IMG/VR virus record: IMGVR_UViG_3300005826_000294
Location: 124,001 to 188,000 of that record
DNA length: 64,000 bases
Strand: one strand, 5' to 3'
Below the pieces are notes generated by a model that saw only the letters and a program-made list of their open reading frames with translations, was not told the DNA's origin and did not search any database. This document shows positions 10,978 to 21,400 of the stretch, one piece after another. Both the position numbers and the translations under genes were made by a program. The number at the start of each line of letters is the position of its first letter. Position 1 is the stretch's first letter.

Positions 10978-11566
10978 GAGGATTACCTATATTTAATTTC
11001 TCATATCTTCCTATCCTTCCATTTGTATCTGTTGCTCTTTCTATTGTATCGTGTTCATATCCAATGCCTCTATATCCACCTGTTGCTGCACTGGTACTAT
11101 TTCTTGTAGTGGTTATATATTCGCACCATAATTGAGATGTTTCTAGAACAATAAAATTTTCGGCACGAAATTGAGGGTTATATTGTCTAAACCAACAACT
11201 ATTAAAAACATGAATAATAGCATCTCCAGAATATTTTAATTCTGTTTTATCAATAATATAAATATCAAAAGGAACTCTTTGTGATTGTATATTTATAAAT
11301 CCTCTAGCAAATGATTCTGGAAGTCTCATTCCATCAAAAACAATCCTATCTACACTAAGTTCTATTTTGGTTGCTCCTTTTGGATGTATTTCTACAATTC
11401 CATCTGTTCCAATTTCTTCCCAACGATGAAGTTCTCTGTTTTGGATTATAGCTAATCTTTGAATAGCACCAACAGTAGTGTTATTTACTTTAATAGTAAT
11501 TTGAGTTGATAAACTACTATTAATACGATTTTCTATTAAACTTCCACTAGATGGATAATTTGTCAT
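10964..11566 (-). CDS. Tail tube protein (paralog 1)
   Basis: 200 aa; STQITIKVNNTTVGAIQ...RIVFD...RGFINIQSQRVPFDI aligns with paralog 2. Confidence 0.7.
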   Translation of the reverse strand: MTNYPSSGSLIENRINSSLSTQITIKVNNTTVGAIQRLAIIQNRELHRWEEIGTDGIVEIHPKGATKIELSVDRIVFDGMRLPESFARGFINIQSQRVPFDIYIIDKTELKYSGDAIIHVFNSCWFRQYNPQFRAENFIVLETSQLWCEYITTTRNSTSAATGGYRGIGYEHDTIERATDTNGRIGRYEKLNIGNPLENI

Positions 11567-13046
11567 TATACTCCAAGAACCTATTATATTTTCTATCTAA
11601 ATAAATATTTGAATTTCCGTATAACCAATTTAAAATGTTTATAGTATATTTTCCTTTAAACTCTACACAATATGTATTAGAATTTCTTTTTGTAATTGAT
11701 GGGTTTCCACATTTGATAGATTTTATTTGATTATAAACCCATGTTAAAAAATCTTTAGATCCGGAGCATATAAATAAACGAGGAACTTTATTCCATCCAA
11801 CACTTCCATCGCCATCTACATATCCGCGAATAAAATGTCTAATCATATTTGTAGGTAAATTAGGAGGTTTAAGAATTAATGTTTTATTTCTAACTATATT
11901 AAAATTAATTAATAAACTTTGCACCAAATCTAAAGAATTAAATTGAATAACGCAAGATTTTGTTATTTTTCCAAAAGATTTTCTATCTCTTTGCTTTATT
12001 TCCGCATTGCTATTTAAAAAATCTTTTATTTTAAATAGATGAGTTCTGTCTTTATGTGAAAGTTCTATACTTAAATGATATTTATCAACCCATCCATCTG
12101 CAGATATAAAACCTGCCCAATAACAACTATATTCATTTATATCTATAAAATTATTATTTAAAACTCTTTTTGTAGTTTTCCTGACCCCAAGTTTTTTAAA
12201 TTTTCCAAGTAAAACCCATTTAGAAATATTATATTTTTTAGATAAATCTTCTAAACTATCTCCACCTAAATATTCATTTGAAATTGCTTTATAATCTAAA
12301 TCAATATTCTTATATTCACAATATTTTTTATATTTACGATCAAGTTTTATAGTTGAATCTTTATATAACCAATCAAATATTTTTATAGAATTTTTATTTT
12401 TTACATCAATACGAAAGGATTTTTTTCCATAAATATGATCTTTATTTATTAATCCAAAATACTGAAGTTTGTTAGAAATCCAATAAATTATATCTCTTGA
12501 TCCACTAACAATATTAAAATTACAGGTTCCTCCATAACATCCAATATGCCCATCGCCATCAAAATAACCACGAATATAATGAGATAATAAATTTTCAGGT
12601 ATTTGTGGTGGTTGTAAAGTTAATGATTTTCTGGGGACAATATTAAAATTATTATTTAATGAAAAGAACATCTGCTTTGAACATACTTGAATATAACAAT
12701 CTCTATGACCGATAGATATTTTATTTGTTGTTCCAACACATTCTTTAAATTTTTCTAAATGATTAATATCTTTAATATTTAAATGTAAAGATATTCTATA
12801 ATCACCCTTCCCAACAAAAACATTTCCATCGGCGGCAATAAATCCAGCCCAATAACAACTTTCAGGAGTAAAAGTGTCAAAAAGAGGATAGTTGTATTTA
12901 GAAGAACGAGAAATTAAGATATTATATTTTTTAAGATTATACCATATTGTAGAATATGGTATGTTTTCAATTTTAGATATTTCTAATATGCTATGATTAT
13001 TTGCTAAGTTCCTAAGTCGCTCTTCATCTATACAACTATCTCTCAA
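11547..13046 (-). CDS. Tandem-duplicated LAGLIDADG endonuclease (two HTH plus double-motif units)
   Basis: Four motifs: YWAGFIAADG, YIRGYFDGDG, YWAGFISADG, FIRGYVDGDG. Confidence 0.85.
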   Translation of the reverse strand: MRDSCIDEERLRNLANNHSILEISKIENIPYSTIWYNLKKYNILISRSSKYNYPLFDTFTPESCYWAGFIAADGNVFVGKGDYRISLHLNIKDINHLEKFKECVGTTNKISIGHRDCYIQVCSKQMFFSLNNNFNIVPRKSLTLQPPQIPENLLSHYIRGYFDGDGHIGCYGGTCNFNIVSGSRDIIYWISNKLQYFGLINKDHIYGKKSFRIDVKNKNSIKIFDWLYKDSTIKLDRKYKKYCEYKNIDLDYKAISNEYLGGDSLEDLSKKYNISKWVLLGKFKKLGVRKTTKRVLNNNFIDINEYSCYWAGFISADGWVDKYHLSIELSHKDRTHLFKIKDFLNSNAEIKQRDRKSFGKITKSCVIQFNSLDLVQSLLINFNIVRNKTLILKPPNLPTNMIRHFIRGYVDGDGSVGWNKVPRLFICSGSKDFLTWVYNQIKSIKCGNPSITKRNSNTYCVEFKGKYTINILNWLYGNSNIYLDRKYNRFLEYNDKLSI

Positions 13047-13064
13047 TTTGACTCCAAAAAAATT

Positions 13065-15611
13065 TTAGAACAATCCTACACTTATGTCTATGAAAATCCA
13101 ATTGGCTGGATAGTTAGGCTCTACCTCAACAACAATATTATATTGTCTTGGTTCAACATCATCTCTGGATACTGATAGATTTCTATAATCAGTAATAAGA
13201 CCTTTAGAAACAAAAGCATTTAGTAGTTTTATTGCTTTTTGAGTTAATGATGGAATTAGAGTTTCATCACTAGGTTGCCCAATAAAAGATCTAAAACTAC
13301 GACGCATTGTTCTTGCTAATTGATCACGGATAAAGATAATAGAGATTTCCTCTTCTTCTGGGGCACCGCTTTGAGTAGTAGTTTTACCATGTTGAACTCT
13401 TCCACCACCAGTAACTGGCTGAATAACGGTAATTCCAGCGTCACCAAGTTTATTGAGAACTGTTTGCTTATATACCTTATCATTTAAAATAGTAAAACCT
13501 GTAAGTATCTTAAATGTAAGAGGCATTGCGATATTTGGTTCTCCTGCTAACCAACCGCCCGCGGCTGCAGCAATATAATATCCTGGAATTGTAGTTCGAG
13601 TTCCATTTATAACTCTTATAATTTCATCCGGATAAAAATAAACTACACGAAATGTATCACCAAAATTAGTAGATACTCCATAGTCCGCAAGATCTTCAAT
13701 ATTTCCATCCAAAATCTCTTCTGGATCATCACCTTGAATACCTTCTAAAATACCAATATCTTCAACAGCCGCAAGTTCGGTTCCAATAACATTATCAGTT
13801 GAAAGACCTTGAAGTGCTCCTGTTAATAAAACACGCTCTCTCTTATAATAGGTAGAAGACATACGCTCGCAATGAACTCTAAATGCTTGCTGAATTGCCG
13901 AGAATGTTTGAGTTGGAAGAGGAACAAGAATTTGAACATCTTGTGTTTCCAAAACATCAAGAATACTTGCCCAATTAGCATCATAAAAATCAGCATCATT
14001 TTGATCAATATAACTAACTCTTAAACCTTTCTTCAAAGCAAGTGCTAAATCGGTTGTAAATAGGATTCTCTGTGATTCATTTCCAGGTAATAATAATTGC
14101 CATTTAACATTACTTGCCGAAATAAATGATCCGGAAGTTCTTGTAATTTTAACTGTATTAGGATCTACAACCTCAGAAATAGAGTATCTACCATCATTAA
14201 CTGTTCCTGTATAGAAAATATCAATTTCTTTACTTTGGGTTATAGCTTGTGAAGTAAAAATTGCAGTTTCACTATAAAATGTTGCAGTTGTTCCGACACC
14301 AATAGGAGTAATTGTCGCATCATTAGCACTTTGTTCAATTTGATCATCAGAAACAACTGTATAACTATATGAATAACCACTTTGACCTGGATCCATAAAT
14401 TCCTGCATCAATAGAGTATCTACACCAGTTTGCTCATAAGCAGAAAAGGCGGCTGTAATATCTGGATCATAGAAAGTTATTTTATTAGGAAAAATCTGAT
14501 CTTCTGTTCCATCAGTATTTAGAATAAATAAATTAACTGTTGTATCACCATCTGGTTTTCCAGGATAATCAATAAAGAAAATCAAATCATCAGCATTAGC
14601 ACTTCCAGTTGCCCCTCCAATACCAGTAAGAGAATTATAGGCCGGAAGAACAATATCAGAGGTTCTTCTTGGAAGAGGTGGTTTGGCTTGAACTGCTAAA
14701 ACAGAAGTTGCTCCATTTTCAAAAGCCATTTGAGCACCGAGTGAAAGAGTATTTTCAGTGCTTGGAGTTCCATATGTAGCAAATAATTTTCCAGGATCTG
14801 TAAAAAGCTTAGGATCTTCTACATCATTAGAAGCAATATATCGTGCTTCAAGCTTATCCATACTTTGAAGAACTTTACTATCTACCTCAATAGTAAATTT
14901 ATCACCAACAGCAAAAGGCTGAGCTGGAGATGGGTTGTTATAAATAGCAAACGATAAAACACCATTATCAACAACATTTCCATCACTTATCCAAGTGTAA
15001 GGTTGTCCATATCCATCGGAAAGTTGTCCAGAAACAGAACCTCTTACAATAAATGTAGCAGTTTCTCTAATTGGATTGCCAGAACCATCTTTTAGAACAC
15101 TAGTACATCTTATAGTCCAGGTTTCTGCTGTAGCATTTGTGTCTGATAAAGTTGGAGTTGATAAGTATCCATCCCCAATATTTGTAGAAGCAGTACTATA
15201 TAGTTTTCCACCCTTATCAATAATACTAGCACTCTGCATTTCAATTTTACCAGTAGCAACTTCAAGTTTAGCATCATATTGAGATGAAAAACTTGTTCCA
15301 TCAATAGTTCCTTCTAAAACTCTAAGTGGCGACCCATTTAGAAGAAGTGTAGTTCTATTTGTGACGATAGGATAATTTGCTAAACGAAAAAATCTTCCAT
15401 AACCATCAGAGGTTGCGGTGAAAGTAGGATTGAAACCATCTTCTCCATTTCCTTCTGCTGATTCTATAACTGTTTCTTCTCTTCGGCCTTCTCCAATAAC
15501 ACTAAGAATACGAAGACCCCCTGGTATAGAAAGTGCTCTTTGTAGAGTCCTTATTCTTGAAAATGTATCAGGTTGACTATAACCGACAATTCCTGGAATA
15601 TTTATTCCCAT
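13065..15611 (-). CDS. Contractile tail sheath protein
   Basis: 848 aa; C-terminal 'ISIIFIRDQLARTMRRSF...FIGQP...YNIVVEVEPNYPANWIFIDISV' is a typical sheath terminus; upstream of the tube genes. Confidence 0.85.
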   Translation of the reverse strand: MGINIPGIVGYSQPDTFSRIRTLQRALSIPGGLRILSVIGEGRREETVIESAEGNGEDGFNPTFTATSDGYGRFFRLANYPIVTNRTTLLLNGSPLRVLEGTIDGTSFSSQYDAKLEVATGKIEMQSASIIDKGGKLYSTASTNIGDGYLSTPTLSDTNATAETWTIRCTSVLKDGSGNPIRETATFIVRGSVSGQLSDGYGQPYTWISDGNVVDNGVLSFAIYNNPSPAQPFAVGDKFTIEVDSKVLQSMDKLEARYIASNDVEDPKLFTDPGKLFATYGTPSTENTLSLGAQMAFENGATSVLAVQAKPPLPRRTSDIVLPAYNSLTGIGGATGSANADDLIFFIDYPGKPDGDTTVNLFILNTDGTEDQIFPNKITFYDPDITAAFSAYEQTGVDTLLMQEFMDPGQSGYSYSYTVVSDDQIEQSANDATITPIGVGTTATFYSETAIFTSQAITQSKEIDIFYTGTVNDGRYSISEVVDPNTVKITRTSGSFISASNVKWQLLLPGNESQRILFTTDLALALKKGLRVSYIDQNDADFYDANWASILDVLETQDVQILVPLPTQTFSAIQQAFRVHCERMSSTYYKRERVLLTGALQGLSTDNVIGTELAAVEDIGILEGIQGDDPEEILDGNIEDLADYGVSTNFGDTFRVVYFYPDEIIRVINGTRTTIPGYYIAAAAGGWLAGEPNIAMPLTFKILTGFTILNDKVYKQTVLNKLGDAGITVIQPVTGGGRVQHGKTTTQSGAPEEEEISIIFIRDQLARTMRRSFRSFIGQPSDETLIPSLTQKAIKLLNAFVSKGLITDYRNLSVSRDDVEPRQYNIVVEVEPNYPANWIFIDISVGLF

Positions 15612-15683
15612 TAACCAATCCTCCTAAATTTTTTCTATGATGTATATTTCAATAAAATACAGCACTTAATCGCTATACAATAA

Positions 15684-15699
15684 TATTGATAGTTTTTTT
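15684..15699 (-). promoter_or_regulatory. Putative late promoter AAAAAAACTATCAATA (copy upstream of sheath)
   Basis: 16-mer also found at 42806 (identical) and 56771 (one mismatch), all intergenic and upstream of virion genes. Confidence 0.65.
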
Positions 15700-15778
15700 A
15701 ATTTCCAACATATTGAAATGATAGAGCAATTGTTTTCTATCAATTTTTTAACATATTTTAAACTTTAATAGGGGAAAA

Positions 15779-16861
15779 ATGAAAAGAAAAACAACAGAGG
15801 ACTTTATTAAAGATGCGGAGAAGGTTCATGGTGATAGATATGATTATAATAAAGTAAATTATATAAACTGTAAGACAAAAGTAGAAATTATTTGCTCAAA
15901 ACATGGAGTGTTTAAACAAGCTCCAACTCCTCATATTAAAAATAAACAAGGATGCCCAAGATGTGCTGGTAATAAAAAAAAGACAACAGAAGAATTTGTT
16001 AAAGAAGCTAAAAATACACATAAAAATAAATACAATTATTCTAAAACCAAATATATTAATGTTCATACAAAAGTTAAAATAATTTGTCCAAAACATGGAG
16101 AGTTTTATCAAACCCCAAAAAACCATTTGTCATTACATGGATGCTCAAAATGTGCTGGTAATAAAAAGAAAACAACAGAGGAATTTATTAAAGATGCTAT
16201 AAAAGTTCATGGAAAAAAATATGATTATAGTGATGTAATATATAAGAGAGAAAATAAAAAGGTTAAAATAATTTGCCCAAAACATGGAGAGTTTTATCAA
16301 ATTCCAAACGGACATTTATCAGGAAAAGGATGTTTAAAATGCGGAGTTATAAATAAAAATACAAAAGAGTTTATTAAAGATGCAAAAAAAACTCATGGAG
16401 ATAGATATAATTATAATAAAGTAAATTATATAAATTGTAAAACAAAAGTTATTATTATTTGTTATAAACACGGAGAATTTAAACAATCTCCAAATAATCA
16501 CATTAATGGTAATAATTGTCCTAAATGTAATAAAACAAACATATCAAATATATCTCAAAAATGGTTAGATATGTGTGGCGTTCCATTAAATTGTAGAGAA
16601 ATCATAATTAAATGCGGAAGAAAAAAATATATTGTAGATGGATATATTAAAAAAACCAATACAATATATGAATTCTGGGGAGATTACTGGCACGGAAATC
16701 CAGAAATATTTAATCCAAAAGAAATCAACATAAATCGTAAAAAAACATTTGGAGAACTATATAAAGAAACAATTAATAAAAAGAAAAATCTAAAACTAGC
16801 AGGATACAATATTATAGATATTTGGGAAAACAAATTTAAAAATGAAACCAAAATTGGATGA
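15779..16861 (+). CDS. Endonuclease with repeated CxxH/CxxC zinc modules (DUF723-like) and C-terminal PD-(D/E)XK-like domain
   Basis: About four repeats of 'TTEEFIKDA..VHG..YDY..V.Y.....KV.IICPKHGEF.Q.P..HL...GC.KC'; C-terminus 'YIVDGY...IYEFWGDYWHGNP'. Confidence 0.75.
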   Translation: MKRKTTEDFIKDAEKVHGDRYDYNKVNYINCKTKVEIICSKHGVFKQAPTPHIKNKQGCPRCAGNKKKTTEEFVKEAKNTHKNKYNYSKTKYINVHTKVKIICPKHGEFYQTPKNHLSLHGCSKCAGNKKKTTEEFIKDAIKVHGKKYDYSDVIYKRENKKVKIICPKHGEFYQIPNGHLSGKGCLKCGVINKNTKEFIKDAKKTHGDRYNYNKVNYINCKTKVIIICYKHGEFKQSPNNHINGNNCPKCNKTNISNISQKWLDMCGVPLNCREIIIKCGRKKYIVDGYIKKTNTIYEFWGDYWHGNPEIFNPKEININRKKTFGELYKETINKKKNLKLAGYNIIDIWENKFKNETKIG

Positions 16862-17207
16862 TAATGAAGCTTTTTGCGTAAGATGCTTTAAAATAAAAGA
16901 TAAAAAAAATTTTTATGCCAGAAAAGATAGTGGCCGTCCGCTTAGTTATTGTATGAAATGTCAAAATGAAGTTAAAATATTAAAATTAGAAGAAAAATTA
17001 GAAAGAATTATTGAAGAACGTGGGGGAATATGTAAAGATTGTAAAATATCATATCCAACCCCTATATATGAATTTTACTATGAAAATAAAACATATAATA
17101 TAAGTAAAGCAAAAAACATGTCTATTGAAAGAATTAAAAAAGATCTAAAAGATCATATTATGTTATGTAAAAATTGTAGTGCTATTAGAAAATGGGTAGG
17201 AAGTTAA
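16842..17207 (+). CDS. Small Cys-rich HNH-like protein, possibly degenerate
   Basis: CxxC pairs, 'RGGICKDC', 'LCKNCSAIR'; the expected catalytic His residues are not evident. Confidence 0.45.
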   Translation: MKPKLDDNEAFCVRCFKIKDKKNFYARKDSGRPLSYCMKCQNEVKILKLEEKLERIIEERGGICKDCKISYPTPIYEFYYENKTYNISKAKNMSIERIKKDLKDHIMLCKNCSAIRKWVGS

Positions 17208-17956
17208 GTATCAAGATCAGATTGATCAACAAGAGTTGTATCTGGACTGGCTCCAAATATATTATAATTAAAACAGAAATTTATAGCATGAACTAAGTTT
17301 TCAATTGGTAAAGCCCGTCTCCACTCTGAAAAAGCCTCTACTGTTATACTTTGTAGAAATACATGATCATTTCCCCATTGTTCATTACTTTCATTCCCAA
17401 TACTAACATTTTTTATAAACAATCCGGCTTCATAAAGTTCCTGTCTTGCTTTTCCAATAAGAAAAGATGAAATAATATCAGTCAATTCCTCTCTATCTGG
17501 AATACTTTCTGAGGCAATTACAATCTCAAAACTTTGTTCCCAAGCACCAGCAACAATATGATGTGTTGGAACATTAATATAAGACCTTCCACCATAACCA
17601 TCTAGTACAAGATCTAAACGATATTTTGTAGTTTGATTTTGATTAAAACTCACATGATAAGTTCTTCCAGAAGAATATTTTACGACAACAGCAGGCCAAA
17701 ACCTAATATCATATCTAAATGAATCTCCTATAAATATTCTTGTAGTTCTTTCTTCTTGAATATCTGGAGGCATATCAGTAAGATCTGGTGTTAATGGAAA
17801 TCCAAAAGCATCAGTTCTATATTTGTAGAATGTATCTTGACGGAAATATTCCCTTAATGCGTCTATAAGAAGATTTTTTCCTTGAGAAACAGCAGTTTGC
17901 TGAACAAAACTTGATAATTGAAAAAGATCGCTATAGACACGATGTGAGGCCGACAT
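17204..17956 (-). CDS. Tail terminator / tail completion protein
   Basis: 250 aa upstream of the sheath; position equivalent to T4 gp15. Confidence 0.55.
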   Translation of the reverse strand: MSASHRVYSDLFQLSSFVQQTAVSQGKNLLIDALREYFRQDTFYKYRTDAFGFPLTPDLTDMPPDIQEERTTRIFIGDSFRYDIRFWPAVVVKYSSGRTYHVSFNQNQTTKYRLDLVLDGYGGRSYINVPTHHIVAGAWEQSFEIVIASESIPDREELTDIISSFLIGKARQELYEAGLFIKNVSIGNESNEQWGNDHVFLQSITVEAFSEWRRALPIENLVHAINFCFNYNIFGASPDTTLVDQSDLDT

Positions 17957-18462
17957 TATCCCTCCAATTTGGGTTGAGCAACTCTAATAAGTGTTTGATC
18001 TGGATTTACATTAAACCCAACCGTAGTATTAATCATTTTTTCTAAAAAATATCTCGCCTTATATTTCCCTGAAGGTAGAAAAGACATCCATTCTCCAGCT
18101 CTATTTGTTTTTGTTTGTTTTACGACATCTCCACTTTCATTTACAACTGTTACATTAACTCCTATAAGAGACTTCCCTTCTTTATTTTTAATTTTTCCCA
18201 TTACTTTTGTTGTATTTGTAGCTGACTTCATAGCACCAGCATTCATGGCATTTATTTCAGTAGCATTTGGTTCTGTTCCTAAAATAGATGGTCCTTGCTT
18301 AATAGTTGGTTCAGATTTAAGTGAAGGTTTGGAATTTGGTACAAATCCATTTGCTCTACTTAATAATTCTTTTACATTTTGCTCAACAGTTATAAATCTC
18401 CTATCCAATAACTCTACTTTTTCTAATAAACTCTCAATCATCTCTAACCCTGACTTCGTCAT
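17956..18462 (-). CDS. Protein with C-terminal carboxypeptidase-regulatory-like (transthyretin-like) beta-sandwich
   Basis: 'GKIKNKEGKSLIGVNVTV...QTKTNRAGEW...LPSGKYKA' pattern. Confidence 0.6.
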   Translation of the reverse strand: MTKSGLEMIESLLEKVELLDRRFITVEQNVKELLSRANGFVPNSKPSLKSEPTIKQGPSILGTEPNATEINAMNAGAMKSATNTTKVMGKIKNKEGKSLIGVNVTVVNESGDVVKQTKTNRAGEWMSFLPSGKYKARYFLEKMINTTVGFNVNPDQTLIRVAQPKLEG

Positions 18463-18474
18463 TACTTTCTCCTT

Positions 18475-21400
18475 TTATAAGGTATAATTCACTCTCACTT
18501 GTAAAACATATATTGTACCAACAGTATTTTGTGGTATTAATCTTATCGCATGTACATCTTCATATTGCATTATATTATTTCCAGATGGAATTACAATTTC
18601 TTCTTGGATTCCATTACCTTGGGCATCTGAGGCAGCTCTAATTGGTATTGTTGTTTGTAAACTTCCAAATCCTCTACTTAGATTCCATTCTAATTGAAAA
18701 TCCCCTTTAACTCCTGCAGATATATTATAATAAACTTCAACATTATTGATTGTAGCACCAGCAGGAACTATTTCTGTACTAAAATAAAAATTTAAATTAT
18801 AATAAGTAGCATCATATGTACTACTAGAAACTACCCATCCTCCTCCATAAGTTATCCAACTCGAAAAACTACCACTTATAGCTGAATCTATTACGGCTGC
18901 ACCATTTGGAAGAACTACATTATAAGTTTGTCCCTTATTCATATAATCTACATTTTTAGAACCACCATCTGTAATCATAGGCCCAGAAGAAGAAGTTGCA
19001 GTAAAATCATTATTTGTGATTAAACAATAATATGATACAGACCCAAGTTCTAAAACAGCTTCAGTAGTATATGATACAGTTCCTCTAAATACATTATTAT
19101 TTATTAAAGTATTTAGAGTAGAATTAATATAAAGATGAGTTTTTGTATTACTTTCAGTAGTTATGAAGTTTCCAATCACTTGACTTCGACTTGATTGAAA
19201 ATCGACTACTCTATTAGTTAATGATAATGATGTAGAAATAATATTATTATTGACTAATTTAATATTTATATGAGTTGTATTATGACTCATACTAACTAAT
19301 GTATAATTATCTGATGAAGTGAATGTATTATTAGAAACAACTATATTTGGACAATTAAAGGTTTTTATTGGAGCACAGCAATTTATTATACTATTTTGAG
19401 AAACAATAGTCCCATCACAGTTTTCCATATATATGCCTTGATCTGAAGAGTTTCCATAAAAATCTCTTACTTTATTTCCAACCATACTATCTTCAATATG
19501 ATCACCTCCAGAAGTTCCTCCTCCACCATCAAATACAATTGCTTGCTTCAACCCTATATTTGATCCACTATTTTTTAATATATTATAAGAAAGAATACAA
19601 TCTTGACTAGTATTTGATATTAATATCCCTATTCCAGATGCAGAACTAGAATCCGTTATATTTATAATATTTTTATCTACCAATGTTTTATTAGGATCAA
19701 TTAATTTTATAATTCCATCAGTTGCGGATAAAGAAATATCTGAACTTGTAATTAAATTATTTTTTATTATAGAGTTTTCATCACTATTAAGAATTATTGC
19801 TGATACATATAGTTCATTAAATCCGCAATCAGAAATTATATTATTACTTGTATTTGTTAAAGCTAAAATGCCTGTATTTATATTTGAAAAATAACAACCT
19901 TTAATTTGGCATTCTGTTAAAGTAAGAGCTTCTATCCCTATATTTGTAGAAACCACACTTGTATAAGAAATATTTGAATTTATAATAAATGAATTCTGTA
20001 AAATATTAGTTTTTATAGCCGATCCAGCAGATGTTGGCGATCCAAGATTAATCATACAATTATTCATATATAAATCTACAATTCCAGTTCCAGCAGAAAT
20101 ATACATAAAATAATTATCATTTGTAGAAGTTAATGTGCTTTGAGAATTATTAATATGTATAGTGTCAATACTAGTTGTAGAATAAAACACATAAGCATCG
20201 ACTGAACCAATAGAAGTATCAAAATTAAAAATACAATTATTAATTATTGTATTAGTTAATGAAGTTGAATATACTATTCTTGAAAAACCTGATGAATTTC
20301 TAATATTCTCAAATAAACAATTTTCTAATGTTAAATCTACAATGCTCGTTGTAGAATTTCCAATTATAGCAGATGTGCCCGCAGAACTATCCATTTCAAT
20401 TTTTAAATCTCTAATACAAAGACCTGTAATTGAAGTTCCACTTATTGGAGCAAATAAAGTAGTTCCAGAACCTATAATAAATATATTTGGACGAGTTATT
20501 ATAGAACTACCACTTCTTACATCTCCAAGAATAGTAACTCCATCTGGAACATATAATGGACCATTAGAAAGATTATGAGTAATAGTCCCACGAACTCTCA
20601 CTCTTCTTGAAGTTGTTCCACTATTATAAATATAATAAAATGCTGATTGTAATGAAGAAAAAGATCCATTAATTTCTTCATCATCTGCTACTAAATCTAT
20701 TTTATTATCAATATTATTTACAAATCTTCTCAAATCACGAATATCAGTAACCGTGTTTGAAGAATTAACATCTACTTGAGCTAAAATTACTTTATCCGAA
20801 CTGTTAATTATTTCTAAAACAGATGGTGTGGTAAATCCAGAACCAACCTGATCATCCTTCATAAATTGTAAAATACCATCTCCATCTACAAAAATATTAT
20901 AAGTAGAAATTAAGCCATCTTTTGGAATATCTAAACCAGTAGTACTAACAGAATAAATATTTCCATCTACAAGAACCTGTCCACCTTCAACAATAAGACT
21001 TCCAGATACTTCAAATCCATAAATTACACCATTTCCTCTTAAAAGTGATCTTGGATATGAAATATAATCTCTAGAAAAATCATTTCTTATATCTTTACGT
21101 CCTACTGTTCCAAGCAATCTTCGGTCAGATAAATGTTTAAACCCGTTAGTATCATGAAGAACTTGTCCTACTTGAACATATTTATCTTCAGATGCTCTTT
21201 TATATATTGTAAGGTCTATTGCCTGATCTGTTGTTGTAGTTAAAAATCCATCATTAGCAATTTCTATATCAACATAATCTACATTATTGTAATCATATAT
21301 TCTAAATCTATAACCAATAACATCAGAAGTTGGAAGAATGTATGTAGTTCCCGGATCTGTAACATCAACACTAGAAGCTGGAGATGTTACTGGAGTTCCC

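Noticed and set aside
876-16000. Extracellular contractile injection system (eCIS/tailocin), suggested by sheath, two tubes and an AAA ATPase
   Set aside because: A capsid gene, neck proteins, gpG/GT chaperones and many homing endonucleases in the same window indicate a complete phage.
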